Assembly: GCA_051294375.1 (NCBI GenBank)
Contig: CM119268.1
Location: 2,005,486 to 2,069,485 of the forward strand
Source of the DNA: Paraspadella gotoi
Lineage: Eukaryota; Animalia; Chaetognatha
Length of the DNA: 64,000 nucleotides
Direction of reading: 5' to 3'
A model generated the notes under the pieces. The model made no database searches and was not told the origin of the DNA. It worked only from the letters and a program-made list of their open reading frames with translations. Positions 20,301 to 32,100 of this stretch are shown in pieces. A program made the position numbers and the translations under genes. Numbering within the stretch: the stretch's first letter is position 1; the number at the start of each line of letters is the position of its first letter.

Positions 20301-23300
20301 CATGTTAGATACTACTTCTTGTGCAAGAGCAGTCAAATCATTGAAAGCCTTGTGTTGCAACTCCATTTCTTTTTCAATCATTTGAAGTTTCTTTACTTGT
20401 TCAATAACAACAGAAACTTCCTCTATATCCTCATCGTTCATAGCCTTTAGAATAATTTGTTTATTCTCCAACCACCCAGAAAAATCCTTTTCGTCAACTT
20501 CAAACTGTTGCCATTTAACAATTATTTGCTGCAATCTAGCCCACCGATCCTCCGCCCATTGACAAACCCTTGCCCAACGTCCACCAAGCATCTCGAGTTT
20601 TTTTTCTAGGGCCGCGCACGCCCCTTCCGAGTTAGATTCATCGACAACAACCACAAGATTTTGTAGAGAATCCACCTTTCTTTGTTGTTCCATTATATCA
20701 TTTTGCAAAACTTTCAAACCATCCATCTCTTCTTGGAGAACATCCAGAGAATTGGCGATGGGACCCAGCAACTTAATTCTACTCTCAATGGCTTCCAACC
20801 ACTTTTCCAACTCATCCAACTGAGCTTGCTGAAGATCCATTAACGTTTCGTGTAGTTTGCTTTGACGTTCCATAGCTTTTACCCTTAGGTCTTCCCAACG
20901 CGAATTCAAAAGGGACATTTGAATTCGTATTTCATTTTCTTCCTCCTCCGCTAATTTTCCAACAAAGATCAGCTGAAAAAGTAGTTAATCATTATCAAAA
21001 AATTGGGATACTATTTAGATAAATATCTAATTTATTATGAAGAAATTTCCTTCAAACCTCCAAGAAGTCTGCCAAAGTACCTGAGATCCTTCTTGTAAAA
21101 CGCTCCCAACGTGGTTCTGATGGTCCGTCAATTGCATCATAAAGTCTTCGTGAGTATGAAATTGATCTTTGACCATGAGAACATTATCGGCTATGGCATC
21201 GGCGGCCCCGAATCGCTCCTCGGCGTCGAGAAGCCACGCCAGGACCGCCTCGAGCTCTGATTGATAATTTTCGAGAGTGTGCCCTCCGAGGTCCTCGTCG
21301 TCCGAAGCTCCAGCACCGAAAAGCTCTTCATCAGATTCGTCGCTGCAGCTGTTGGCAGCGCTGTTGCTCCGCGTCACCTGCAAGAATGATTTTTTTACAA
21401 AAATGAACCCCACAGAATCCCATCAAAACAATGTTGCCAAGCCCAATAAGGACTCACCTTCGCGGCGCTACGTCCCGAAGGCTGCGATCCTCTTTTCACG
21501 ACCATCACTTCCCGAGTTTCAACTTTGCGCTTCGACTGAGATATGACGGAGCGTTCCGCTTCAGAGGCATCGCCGGTCGACTTCGAAGCAATGTTTTCGT
21601 CGGGCTCCTCGACCGACAACGACTCGTCTTCCTCGGTGTCTAAAGGGGAAAGGAGTTAAGTAGTTACGGAGACCGCACGAGGGGGGAAAGCTTACTCCCT
21701 TCACTTACCTTGTGAGTCGCCCGCTGGCAATTGAAAATCTGAATCGGGAAATCGACGTGAGGCAATGCCTAAATAATTAACAAGTAACGAGAAAAAAAGT
21801 CGCAGCGCTTGCAATTAATTGAAGAGTGACTACCGTGTAGACACATTTGAATCCGACAATGTTTTAAATAAACAACCAGTCTCGGTGTCATTCTGTTCGT
21901 TTTTCCAAGCTCTTTTTAACTAAAAAAGTTTTATTTAAAAAAAAAACTTTTTCGCCCGAGCCAGGGGTGTTAAAGAGCCAAAATATCGAATTTCACCTTT
22001 TATGAGTATTTTTTAGCTTTTTTCAGTAATTTTTTAAATATAATTATCATTAATCATGTTAATTACTAATGATAATGCTTTCAAATTATCATATTTAACT
22101 ATTTTTAAAACATTCATTCACAAAAAATATTAGTTTAGGGCTTAAGCCAGGGGTGTTAAAGAGCTAAAATTTCTAAATTGTCTTTTTTAATATTTTCAAA
22201 TAATAATTTATTATTTTTTTAAGGATTACATATTTTAATCATGATAATAAAAATATTTGAAAATTTTAAATGGTTTTTTAAGTTAATTAACATAGTTAAT
22301 TAATTTTTTATAATTAAAAGCATTAAAAACTATTATGACCTATTTTTAAAAAGTTTTTTTTTAAAGATTCATCTTAAAAACAAAGCAATTCATAAAATTT
22401 TTTAATCATATAATGAAATTGTTACAACAAAAATATAATTATTCAAATGATATCCACTATCCAGATTTTATGCGATATCGCATAGAAAATAATAATTTTG
22501 TTAATTAACTAAAACTAATGTTCTAGTTATGGCAATTTTAGCAAAATTAGGGTAAGGGTTAGTGTTTGTTTTAACATTTGAGGTAATTGTAATTCAGGTT
22601 GAATAAGTAAAAGTGAGCATTATGATCAACAAAGTTGTTGTAGTTATACCCAACTGGAAAGTTACAGATGGGAAAAGTTTTATGGGCGATGATAGGTTCA
22701 AGGTTCATGCTTGGCCTTGGATGCAAAGCGGAGGTTATGGCTACGGGAGGGACTTACGTGGGATGCTAGGATAGAAATGATTTATACTTTAATTAAAAAT
22801 TTTAATTTAGACTTTAGAAAAACTTTTTTTCATAAAAAAATATTTGTTAACATATTCATTGTTTGATCCTTTCTTTTTTGTTGTTTTTAGAGATTACAAA
22901 GAAAATTTAATGAATTTGTTAACAATGATAAAAATAAAATTATTAACAAATTTATTAAATTTTTTTGTTAACATAAATTTTTTTTATAAATCTAAAAATG
23001 CAATAAACAAGTTCAACACAATTTTATAATTTCAACTTGTTAATAATTTGCTAATCAAGTAAATTAATTAACAATTAATAATATTATTATATATTAAAAT
23101 AGTATTAAATTAATTTATAAATTAATTTAAATATATGAATCGGACGATAAGAGGTAGTTATTTTTAATTAATCTTTTATAAATCTTAACTTTCTTTTCCT
23201 TGTGTTTTTAGATTTAGTGAGAAAAACAAAACTTTGTTAAACAATTATTTAATGAAAAAAGTAAAAAACAATTATTTTTTTAAAAATTATTGTATATTAA

Positions 23301-26021
23301 AGAAAAATTATTTTATTTAATAACAAAATATTTGTATATAGAGTTAAACCAAACTATTACTCTTATCCGTACAAAATCCGTACAAAAAGATATCATTTTT
23401 TAAATTATTTTTTAAATAAATTTATATAGTATAAAGTAAACATTTTTTTATAGTAATATCCGAATATTATTTAAATAATTTTATCTTATAACAATTATAT
23501 TTTGTGATTAAAAGTTAAAATTAATTGCTTTGGATCATAGAAGTTTTTGATTAACTTAAAGCTGTGGTAAGTCGCCTAAAAGCATTTAAAGATATCAAAT
23601 ATTTTCATTACCATTATTAAAATAAGTTATCTTTAAAAAATAATAAATTAAAATTTATAAATATTAAAAAAAAATATTTAAACATTTTAGCTCTTCAACA
23701 CCCTTGGCTTAAGCTAAAAACTAATATTTTTTTAATGAATGGTTTTAAAAACAGTTAAATAGGATAAATTAAAATCATTATCAGAAGTAATTAACTTGAT
23801 TAAAGATTATTATATTAAAAAATTAACTGGAAAAAGGGAAAAAATACTAAAAAATGGTGAATTTCCATATTTTGACTCTTCAACACCCCTAGCTCGGGCG
23901 AAAAAGTTTTTTTTTTAAATGAAACTTTTTTACTAAAAATTTTAACTAAAAATTTTAGTTAAAAAGAGCTTGGAAAAACGAACAGAATGACACCCAGACT
24001 GGTTATCTAATTAAAACTTTGTCGGATTCAAATGTGTCTACTACCGTGTACATAAAAATTAGGAATGATTTCGTTTTTGCACACGTTGAGTAATGAGTAT
24101 TAAACTATANNNNNNNNNNAGTAACGAGAAAAAAAAGTCGCAGCGCTTGCAATTAATTGAAGAGTGAACAGGTGAAATTAAGAATTAGGAATGATTTCGT
24201 TTTTGCACACGTTGAGTATTAAACTATAGTCTACTGTATAATATAAGGAGTATAGAACTGACCTGAAAAAAGTACATGAGGTACATCATGATCGACTTCT
24301 TGTCGGGATTGTTCGCCGCCACGTCCTCGACGTCGAGCAGACGCTCGATACCAAACTCCGTCTCGGCGAGAATGAAGGCGTGCTCGAGCCGCTGAACGTG
24401 AGAAGAAGAGACAATTTTTCTCAACAAAAAAAAAAAAACAAAAAAAACCAAAAAAAACAAGGCGACAAAACAAACCCCCCCCCCAAAAAAAAACCGATTG
24501 ATGATTGGGATTTCAACTATCTCGCCTGACCTGTTCCTTCGTCATCCCCAGTCGAACGTCGTCGAATGAGAACAAGGAAGGTTTGAATTTGTGAATAAGT
24601 GCGTTGAAGGCCAAACCCGAAGTCCAGGAAGACGTCAAGTTACGAACGTTAACTCCTGCGAAACAAGGTAAATACAATTGATGGGTTAGATTTATATTTA
24701 GATTTATATTTTAGATTTATACCTGGGTATTCCATCGTACATTGATGACACCAGGAGAGCAAAGTCCTTTCCATACTCGTTTGATGTAAATTGGACATGA
24801 CGTCTTTCAAAATCCCCTAATAAGAAAAAAAAAAGTCCTGGTAAATCTTATTCATTAAACGTTTTAATAAACGAAAATTAGTTTTTAATTATACGTGAAA
24901 TAAATACAGAAAATACCGATTTTGATAGAACAAAGAAAAATTTAAAAAATTTTCGCTTATCGCCCATACTATGATCTATATTTTGATATTTCAAATCAAA
25001 GCTGGAGTAATTGAAACTTTACTTACCTTTACTTGATAGTGTAAAATCATAGCCCAAACAAGTCCAAGGGTTAATTTTGAATTTCCGTCCACAATATCGT
25101 TGGAAGATATATTAATGAATTTCACACCTTTAAAAAATTTTTTTTGAAATGTCAATTGAAAAAAAGTTTTATGACGTACAGTTAATGAAAGAAGTACAAA
25201 AGAATACAAGTAAAAGAGTTTTTATTGATATAACGCTTTTTCTCATAATTACCTTTGCTTTCCAAAACTCCAATAACTTTGTTAATATTGTTCAAATGAT
25301 GTACACGCATTTTTCCTTTCTCTGGTTTTAACTGAGCTCCACTGACTATTTCCAACAACTTTAGCAACGTTTCCCCACTCCTCAGGTCCATAAAGAGATC
25401 GTAAACCACCATACCTAATGGAAAGAAAAATTTTCCAAATCCTCTTCCACTTCCGCATTTCCCGAGTTTTAAACAGATTCCTTCTTCTTCACACATACCC
25501 ACGCTCCCTCCACTAGTGAGTTGATTATTGACCCATTTGGTGAAAGTTTTTTTCTGCACATCCTCGCGTTCGAAGGTTTTCTCCCTGATTAAGTCCTGCA
25601 AAGTTAGGAAACATTGATTTAGGTACATGATATCCAGATTTAGTTTAGGTTAAAGACTTTTATAAAGTTAAAGGAACAAGAATGAGGTTACTGGGTATGT
25701 GGGTATAAATACCATGCAGGAGGCATATAATTTTATCGACTCCACAAATACATTCAAAACCTATCTGGTAAAAAAAACCAAAACCAACAACTAGCAACGA
25801 AACGTGCTTAATGGGAACTTGAATTTTAAAAAAACCAACACGTTTCTCTCACCTGCGACGGATCAATAACCTGGAAAAACCACAACTCATTTTTCAATAA
25901 ATGATTACGTATTAAATTGAAGCTCTTGAAGACCGACCTGAATGTGTGAACCTTCATGTTTTTCTTTGTCCTCTGTGTCCTTAGAGGACAAGGCACTTTC
26001 GGAATAAACTGGCGCCGCCAT
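11317..26021 (-). CDS. Dys: Dystrophin (full-length dystrophin/utrophin orthologue, roughly 3,600 aa)
   Basis: CH1 ([37 protein letters not shown]), CH2 (LLSWC..., RLEHAF..., LLDVEDV...[10 protein letters not shown]), spectrin repeats, WW ([27 protein letters not shown]), EF-hands, ZZ finger ([29 protein letters not shown]), PRSPAQI and [30 protein letters not shown]. Inferred start MAAPVYSE at 26021; stop at 11317. Confidence 0.95.
12282..20972 (-). other. Single giant coding exon of dystrophin (8,691 nt, phase 0-0)
   Basis: Uninterrupted ORF 12264..20918 extended to the acceptor ttttcag|CTGATC at 20972 and the donor CAG|gtaagt at 12282. Translation runs from [27 protein letters not shown] to ELYASQLAQ. 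Confidence 0.9.
21838..24040. mobile_element. Non-autonomous hAT-like DNA transposon (2.2 kb) in a dystrophin intron
   Basis: Termini are TAGACACATTTGAATCCGACAA ... TTGTCGGATTCAAATGTGTCTA, with imperfect inverted repeats continuing for about 350 bp. An 8-bp TSD CTACCGTG lies at 21830-21837 and 24041-24048. The interior is very AT-rich with no transposase ORF. An 8-bp TSD with YAG ends is typical of hAT elements. Confidence 0.85.
24110..24119. other. Assembly gap with overlapping (alternative-allele) sequence on both sides
   Basis: Run of N. Sequence 24120-24228 repeats the flanks 21783-21829 and 24057-24109 without the transposon. Confidence 0.9.
25853..25870 (-). other. 18-nt dystrophin microexon (VIDPSQ)
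   Basis: tttttccag|GTTATTGATCCGTCGCAG|gtgaga. It is phase 0-0 and joins the upstream exon (...GSHIQ) to [16 protein letters not shown] in frame. Confidence 0.7.
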
Positions 26022-29000
26022 TGAGGAAGAAGAATATCAGAAGGCGAATTCTAAAGAAAAGAGGAGGTTAAAAATAAACTTAACAAAATTTAAATATTTT
26101 GTTAAAAAAGAAGTTGAGTTAACTTAATCTGAGACATTAACACCCTGCAATTTAATGGTGGCCAATCGACATTAGAGGTCTTTACGCAGATGGTCACCAA
26201 ACCGAGATTTTACGATAATGAATTTTGACAGGCTCTTAACGAATGAACCGACCACTGGACTGACAACAGATGCTTCTCAAGAGTGAGAGAGACTCCGAGA
26301 GAGAGAGAGAACATCTCTCGAGATTCCTTCGGATAATCGGTTACTTTCGATGGCTCAGATTGATAAGACAAAACTCAATTTCGGCCCTTAACTTCGGCGG
26401 CGACGACGACGATTACGACTTTCGACGAAAAACTTACTCAGTGAAAAGGAAGATTTCGTTGTTGGGTTACAAAGCAAGCAGGGAGCCTCACCATGGCTGC
26501 GAATTCGACCTGAAAAAAAAAGAGCAGATATCGATGTGAATTTTTTTGTTATTCGCTTCGGCGTTGTTATTCGATGCGTTAAGGGTCGAGGAGCTACGTG
26601 TGAAAAATAAATTTTTAAGTCGATCGAAGTTTACTTTACAGACTAACAAAAGCATTATGCGGAATAGGGTATATTTTATACCAATTAGATTTCAAAAAAA
26701 GGAGGAAATGTTTTTCGGTCAAGTCAAAATCTTCTATTTAGTAAAAAAAATTGGATCAATAACGAAATGAATTTTTGAAGTAATAACGAGTAATAATAAA
26801 AATACTTCAATCGGCATATAATTTCATTCAATATCTTTTTTGAAATACGCGATAAAGTTGGTGCTGATTAAACCGCGCACGCACACACGCAAGGGAGAGA
26901 GAGAGAGAGAGAGAGAAATATGTTACTAATCAAATTGTTTTTATAGCGGAAAAGAACTAGAAAGCGGGAGTAGTTCGAGCACGGATCGTACATACATTTC
27001 GAAATAAAGTTCGCAGGTATTTTGGTTTGAAAAAGAAAAAAAAAACCAACAAAAAAATTACTTTTGTTAAAAACGAGGAAATATTTACGACGTTGCGATT
27101 CACGGGCGCGACGAGCGAAGGGACGAAGGGACGAAGGGACGAAGGGACGAAGGGACGAGGTAGCGGCGGTAAGTGCGGCGGTCGGCGGGTAAGGGAAGAC
27201 CGAGGTGAAGGGGCTGAGCGCTTTATGATCTGACTCGAGAATGATCGGATCGCCCTGAGAGCTGGATGTCAGACCCACTCCTGGTTGAACCGGGCAGAGA
27301 ATCGAAGAGGACGAAAAATACTCTTCTCCTCCAACTCTTCGAAACTGGACGGGAGTGAGCAACGGGAAGAGAGGAGAGGGCATAAACGGAGTATTAGTAT
27401 TAGTACGCATTAAGGAAAAAAAAAAAGAGAAATTAAGTGTATAAAAAATGATAACGAAATAAATCACGCAGCAATAAAAGATGGAGAGCGATAACTTTTT
27501 ATCTCTCTCTCTTTCTCTCTCCCCCCCTAAATTTTTTTTTGGGGTTGTGATTCGCATCGTATCGAAGCGATGAAGAGATTTTCTGACCCCGAGAAATTAA
27601 CCTCTTTCGCTTTTTTCGTTGGCATCGAAAGGAGAAGATTTATTCGTCGTCGGCCGTAAACATTAACGATCAAGGGTTCCCAGTTTTTGTTTATAAACGC
27701 GCGACGGAATTAATCGCGCCGCTTAACAAAAAAAAAAACGTAGGAATTCAAAAACTTTCTTTTGTTGTTGTTTAAATAAATCTGGGAGGGCCTCAAAATT
27801 GACCTCGATCGCAACTCGAGCCATCTAGTGGCTAATCCTCACAACCCCCTCCAAAAAAAAAGTAGTTCAATCAGTTTCGTAGTTAACCCAGTTGGAGTGG
27901 GGGGGGGGTGTACTCTGCCCGGAAGAGAAAGGACAGAAAACGAAATTCTTCGAATTCGTTGGGATTTTTTCGAGAGTCGAGAGAAGAACCTCGAGGCGGC
28001 CAAAACTTTTTTCTTTCCCCCTCGCTTCTCCCGCCAGCGTCTCTCCCCCCTCTTTCTCCCCCCCCCCGCGATCCCCGGTTCGAGGAAACGAATTCGTAAT
28101 CGACAGAAAAAAAAAAACCCACAAAAAACAAACGCGAGGATTTAAAGAAATCGGTTTTGAATTACCCCGTTTCTAGTATGAACACCAGCGCTCTTGTTGG
28201 ATTTCGAAATTTGAAAAAAATTTTGGGGCGAGACACCGAACTTATTTTCTTTTAATTTGGAAATAATATTACTGCACTAGTTGGTGAAGTTCGTCATCGT
28301 CTTCCGTCTTTTGAGTCGCTTCTTCGCGTTCAATTTTCTGTTGTCTCACAAATACCAGCCTTGGCCAATGGCCATTTGCAATTGTTGCCATCAACTAATT
28401 ACTGTCAAAGGAGTTTTATCGAAGACGTCTAAATAACAGATTACGGTTACCAGCAGCTTGTACCAAGACAAAGATTATAGGTGAAGCCTAAAAATCTCAA
28501 GAAACTAAAAAAAAAACTTTTCTCGAGCCAAGACCGGAAGATGATTCTATTAGGCCTAATATCCGTTATCTTACGGCCTTGTCAAAAGCTAAAAGCTAAG
28601 CACCAAGAGATAATAAATGCATTAGACGTAAACACAACCAGCTTCCTTTCTATTTTTTTTCCCCTTCCGCCTGTTTTTTTTTTTTTTTTAAATTCAAAAT
28701 CAAACTTTGACCCCCCCCTCCGTTTTTAAGGTTCGAACTGAAGATTTTTAATCGAGTCAATTCCCATCAAAATAAATTCAAACGAAAAAGATAACGCGGA
28801 GAAAAAGAAGAACTATAAAAAATTTAGTTATTTGTCGAAATATATTAAAAATCTACTTTTTGTTTATTACTGGGCTGGACGAGCACGAATAGTTTTAAAC
28901 GAAATTCATCGTAAAAAAAAAAATGAGAAAAATTTTTTGAAAAAGATTTGATTCAAATTTGAGAAAGAGACGAACGCTGAGGAGAGACGAGGATAACGAT

Positions 29001-29114
29001 TTTTTTTAGGAGAGTGAGAGAAGTTGGGATGTTCGAGGGCGAAAAACTCTCCAACACAAAAGCAAAGATCCAAAAGAATGTCATGGAAAAGACATGCATG
29101 AAGAGTAAAAGAAG

Positions 29115-32100
29115 TTATATTTAGATTTATATTTAGATTTATACCTGGGTATTCCATCGTACATTGATGACACCAGGAGAGCAAAGTCCTTTCATACTCG
29201 TTTGATGTAAATTGGACATGACGTCTTTCAAATCCCCTAATAAGAAAAAAAAAAGTCCTGGTAAATCTTATTCATTAAACGTTTTAATAAACGAAAATTA
29301 GTTTTTAATTATACGTGAAATAAATACAGAAAATACCGATTTTGATAGAACAAAGAAAATTTAAAAAATTTTTCGCTTATCGCCCATACTATGATCTATA
29401 TTTTGATATTTCAAATCAAAGCTGGAGTAATTGAAACTTTACTTACCTTTACTTGATAGTGTAAAATCATAGCCCAAACAAGTCCAAGGGTTAATTTTGA
29501 ATTTCCGTCCACAATATCGTGGAAGATATATAATTGAATTTCACACCTTTAAAAATTTTTTTTGAAATGTCAATTGAAAAAAATTTTATGACGTACAGTT
29601 AATGAAAGAAGTACAAAGAATACAAGTAAAAGAGTTTTTATTGATATAACGCTTTTTCTCATAATTACCTTTGCTTTCCAAAACTCCAATAACTTGTGTT
29701 AATATTGTTCAAATGAATGTACACGCATTTTTCCTTTCTCTGGTTAACTGAGCTCCACTGACTATTTCCAACAACTTTAGCAACGTTTCCCCACTCCTCA
29801 GGTCCATAAAGAGATCGTAAACCACATACCTAATGGAAAGAAAAATTTTCCAAATCCTCTTCCACTTCCGCATTTCCCGAGTTTTAAACAGATTCCTTCT
29901 TCTTCACACATACCCACGCTCCCTCCACTAGTGAGTTGATTATTGACCCATTTGGTGAAAGTTTTTTTCTGCACATCCTCGCGTTCGAAGGTTTTCTCCC
30001 TGATTAAGTCCTGCAAAGTTAGGAAACATTGATTTAGGTACATGATATCCAGATTTAGTTTAGGTTAAAGACTTTTATAAAGTTAAAGGAACAAGAATGA
30101 GGTTACTGGGTATGTGGGTATAAATACCATGCAGGAGGCATATAATTTTATCGACTCCACAAATACATTCAAAACCTATCTGGTAAAAAAAACCAAAACC
30201 AACAACTAGCAACGAAACGTGCTTAATGGGAGCTTGAATTTTAAAAAAACCAACACGTTTCTCTCACCTGCGACGGATCAATAACCTGGAAAAACCACAA
30301 CTCATTTTTCAATAAATGATTACGTATTAAATTGAAGCTCTTGAAGACCGACCTGAATGTGTGAACCTTCATGTTTTTCTTTGTCCTCTGTGTCCTTAGA
30401 GGACAAGGCACTTTCGGAATAAACTGGCGCCGCCATTGAGGAAGAAGAATATCAGAAGGCGAATTCTAAAGAAAAGAGGAGGTTAAAAATAAACTTAACA
30501 AAATTTAAATTTTGTTAAAAAAGAAGTTGAGTTAACTTAATCTGAGACATTAACACCCTGCAATTTAATGGTGGCCATCGACATTAGAGGTCTTTACGCA
30601 GATGGTCACAAAACCGAGATTTTACGATAATGAATTTTGACAGGCTCTTAACGAATGAACCGACCACTGGACTGACAACAGATGCTTCTCAAGAGTGAGA
30701 GAGACTCCGAGAGAGAGAGAGAACATCTCTCGAGATTCCTTCGGATAATCGGTTACTTTCGATGGCTCAGATTGATAAGACAAAACTCAATTTCGGCCTT
30801 AACTTCGGCGGCGACGACGACGATTACGACTTTCGACGAAAAACTTACTCAGTGAAAAGGAAGATTTCGTTGTTGGGTTACAAAGCAAGCAGGGAGCCTC
30901 ACCATGGCTGCGAATTCGACCTGAAAAAAAAAGAGCAGATATCGATGTGATATTTTTTGTTATTCGCTTCGGCGTTGTTATTCGATGCGTTAGGGTCGAG
31001 GAGCTACGTGTGAAAAATAAATTTTTAAGTCGATCGAAGTTTACTTTACAGACTAACAAAAGCATTATGCGGAATAGGGTATATTTTATACCAATTAGAT
31101 TTCAAAAAAAAGGAGGAAATGTTTTTCGGTCAAGTCAAAATCTTCTATTTAGTAAAAAAATTGGATCAATAACGAAATGAATTTTTGAAGTAATAACGAG
31201 TAATAATAAAAATACTTCAATCGGCATATAATTTCATTCAATATCTTTTTTGAAATACGCGATAAAGTTGGTGCTGATTAAACCGCGCACGCACACACGC
31301 AAGGAGAGAGAGAGAGAGAGAGAAATATGTTACTAATCAAATTGTTTTTATAGCGGAAAAGAACTAGAAAGCGGGAGTAGTTCGAGCACGATCGTACATA
31401 CATTTCGAAATAAAGTTCGCAGGTATTTTGGTTTGAAAAAGAAAAAAAAAACCAACAAAAAAATTACTTTTGTTAAAAACGAGGAAATATTTACGACGTT
31501 GCGATTCACGGGCGCGACGAGCGAAGGGACGAAGGGAAGGGACGAAGGGACGAAGGGACGAGGTAGCGGCGGTAAGTGCGGCGGTCGGCGGGTAAGGGAA
31601 GACCGAGGTGAAGGGGCTGAGCGCTTTATGATCTGACTCGAGAATGATCGGATCGCCCTGAGAGCTGGATGTCAGACCCACTCCTGGTTGAACCGGGCAG
31701 AGAATCGAAGAGGACGAAAAATACTCTTCTCCTCCAACTTCGAAACTGGACGGGAGTGAGCAACGGGAAGGAGAGAGGGCATAAACGGAGTATTAGTATT
31801 AGTACGCATTAAGGAAAAAAAAAAGAGAAATTAAGTGTATAAAAAGAATAACGAAATAAAATCACGCAGCAATAAAGATGGAGAGCGATAACTTTTTATC
31901 TCTCTCTCTTTCTCTCTCCCCCCATAATTTTTTTTTGGGGTTGTGATTCGCATCGTATCGAAGCGATGAAGAGATTTTCTGACCCCGAGAAATTAACCTC
32001 TTTCGCTTTTTTCGTTGGCATCGAAAGGAGAAGATTTATTCGTCGTCGGCCGTAAACATTAACGATCAAGGGTTCCAGTTTTTGTTTATAAACGCGCGAC

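Noticed and set aside
26868-28176. ORFs of 60-229 aa in the dystrophin leader introns and their duplicates
   Set aside because: They are low-complexity translations of homopolymer and GAAGGGAC repeats, show no recognisable domain, and change frame between copies.
28270-28391. MATIANGHW...DDDELHQLVQ as an alternative first coding exon of dystrophin
   Set aside because: It ends in TAA in two of the three copies, and its best donor is phase 2, which does not fit the phase-0 downstream exons.
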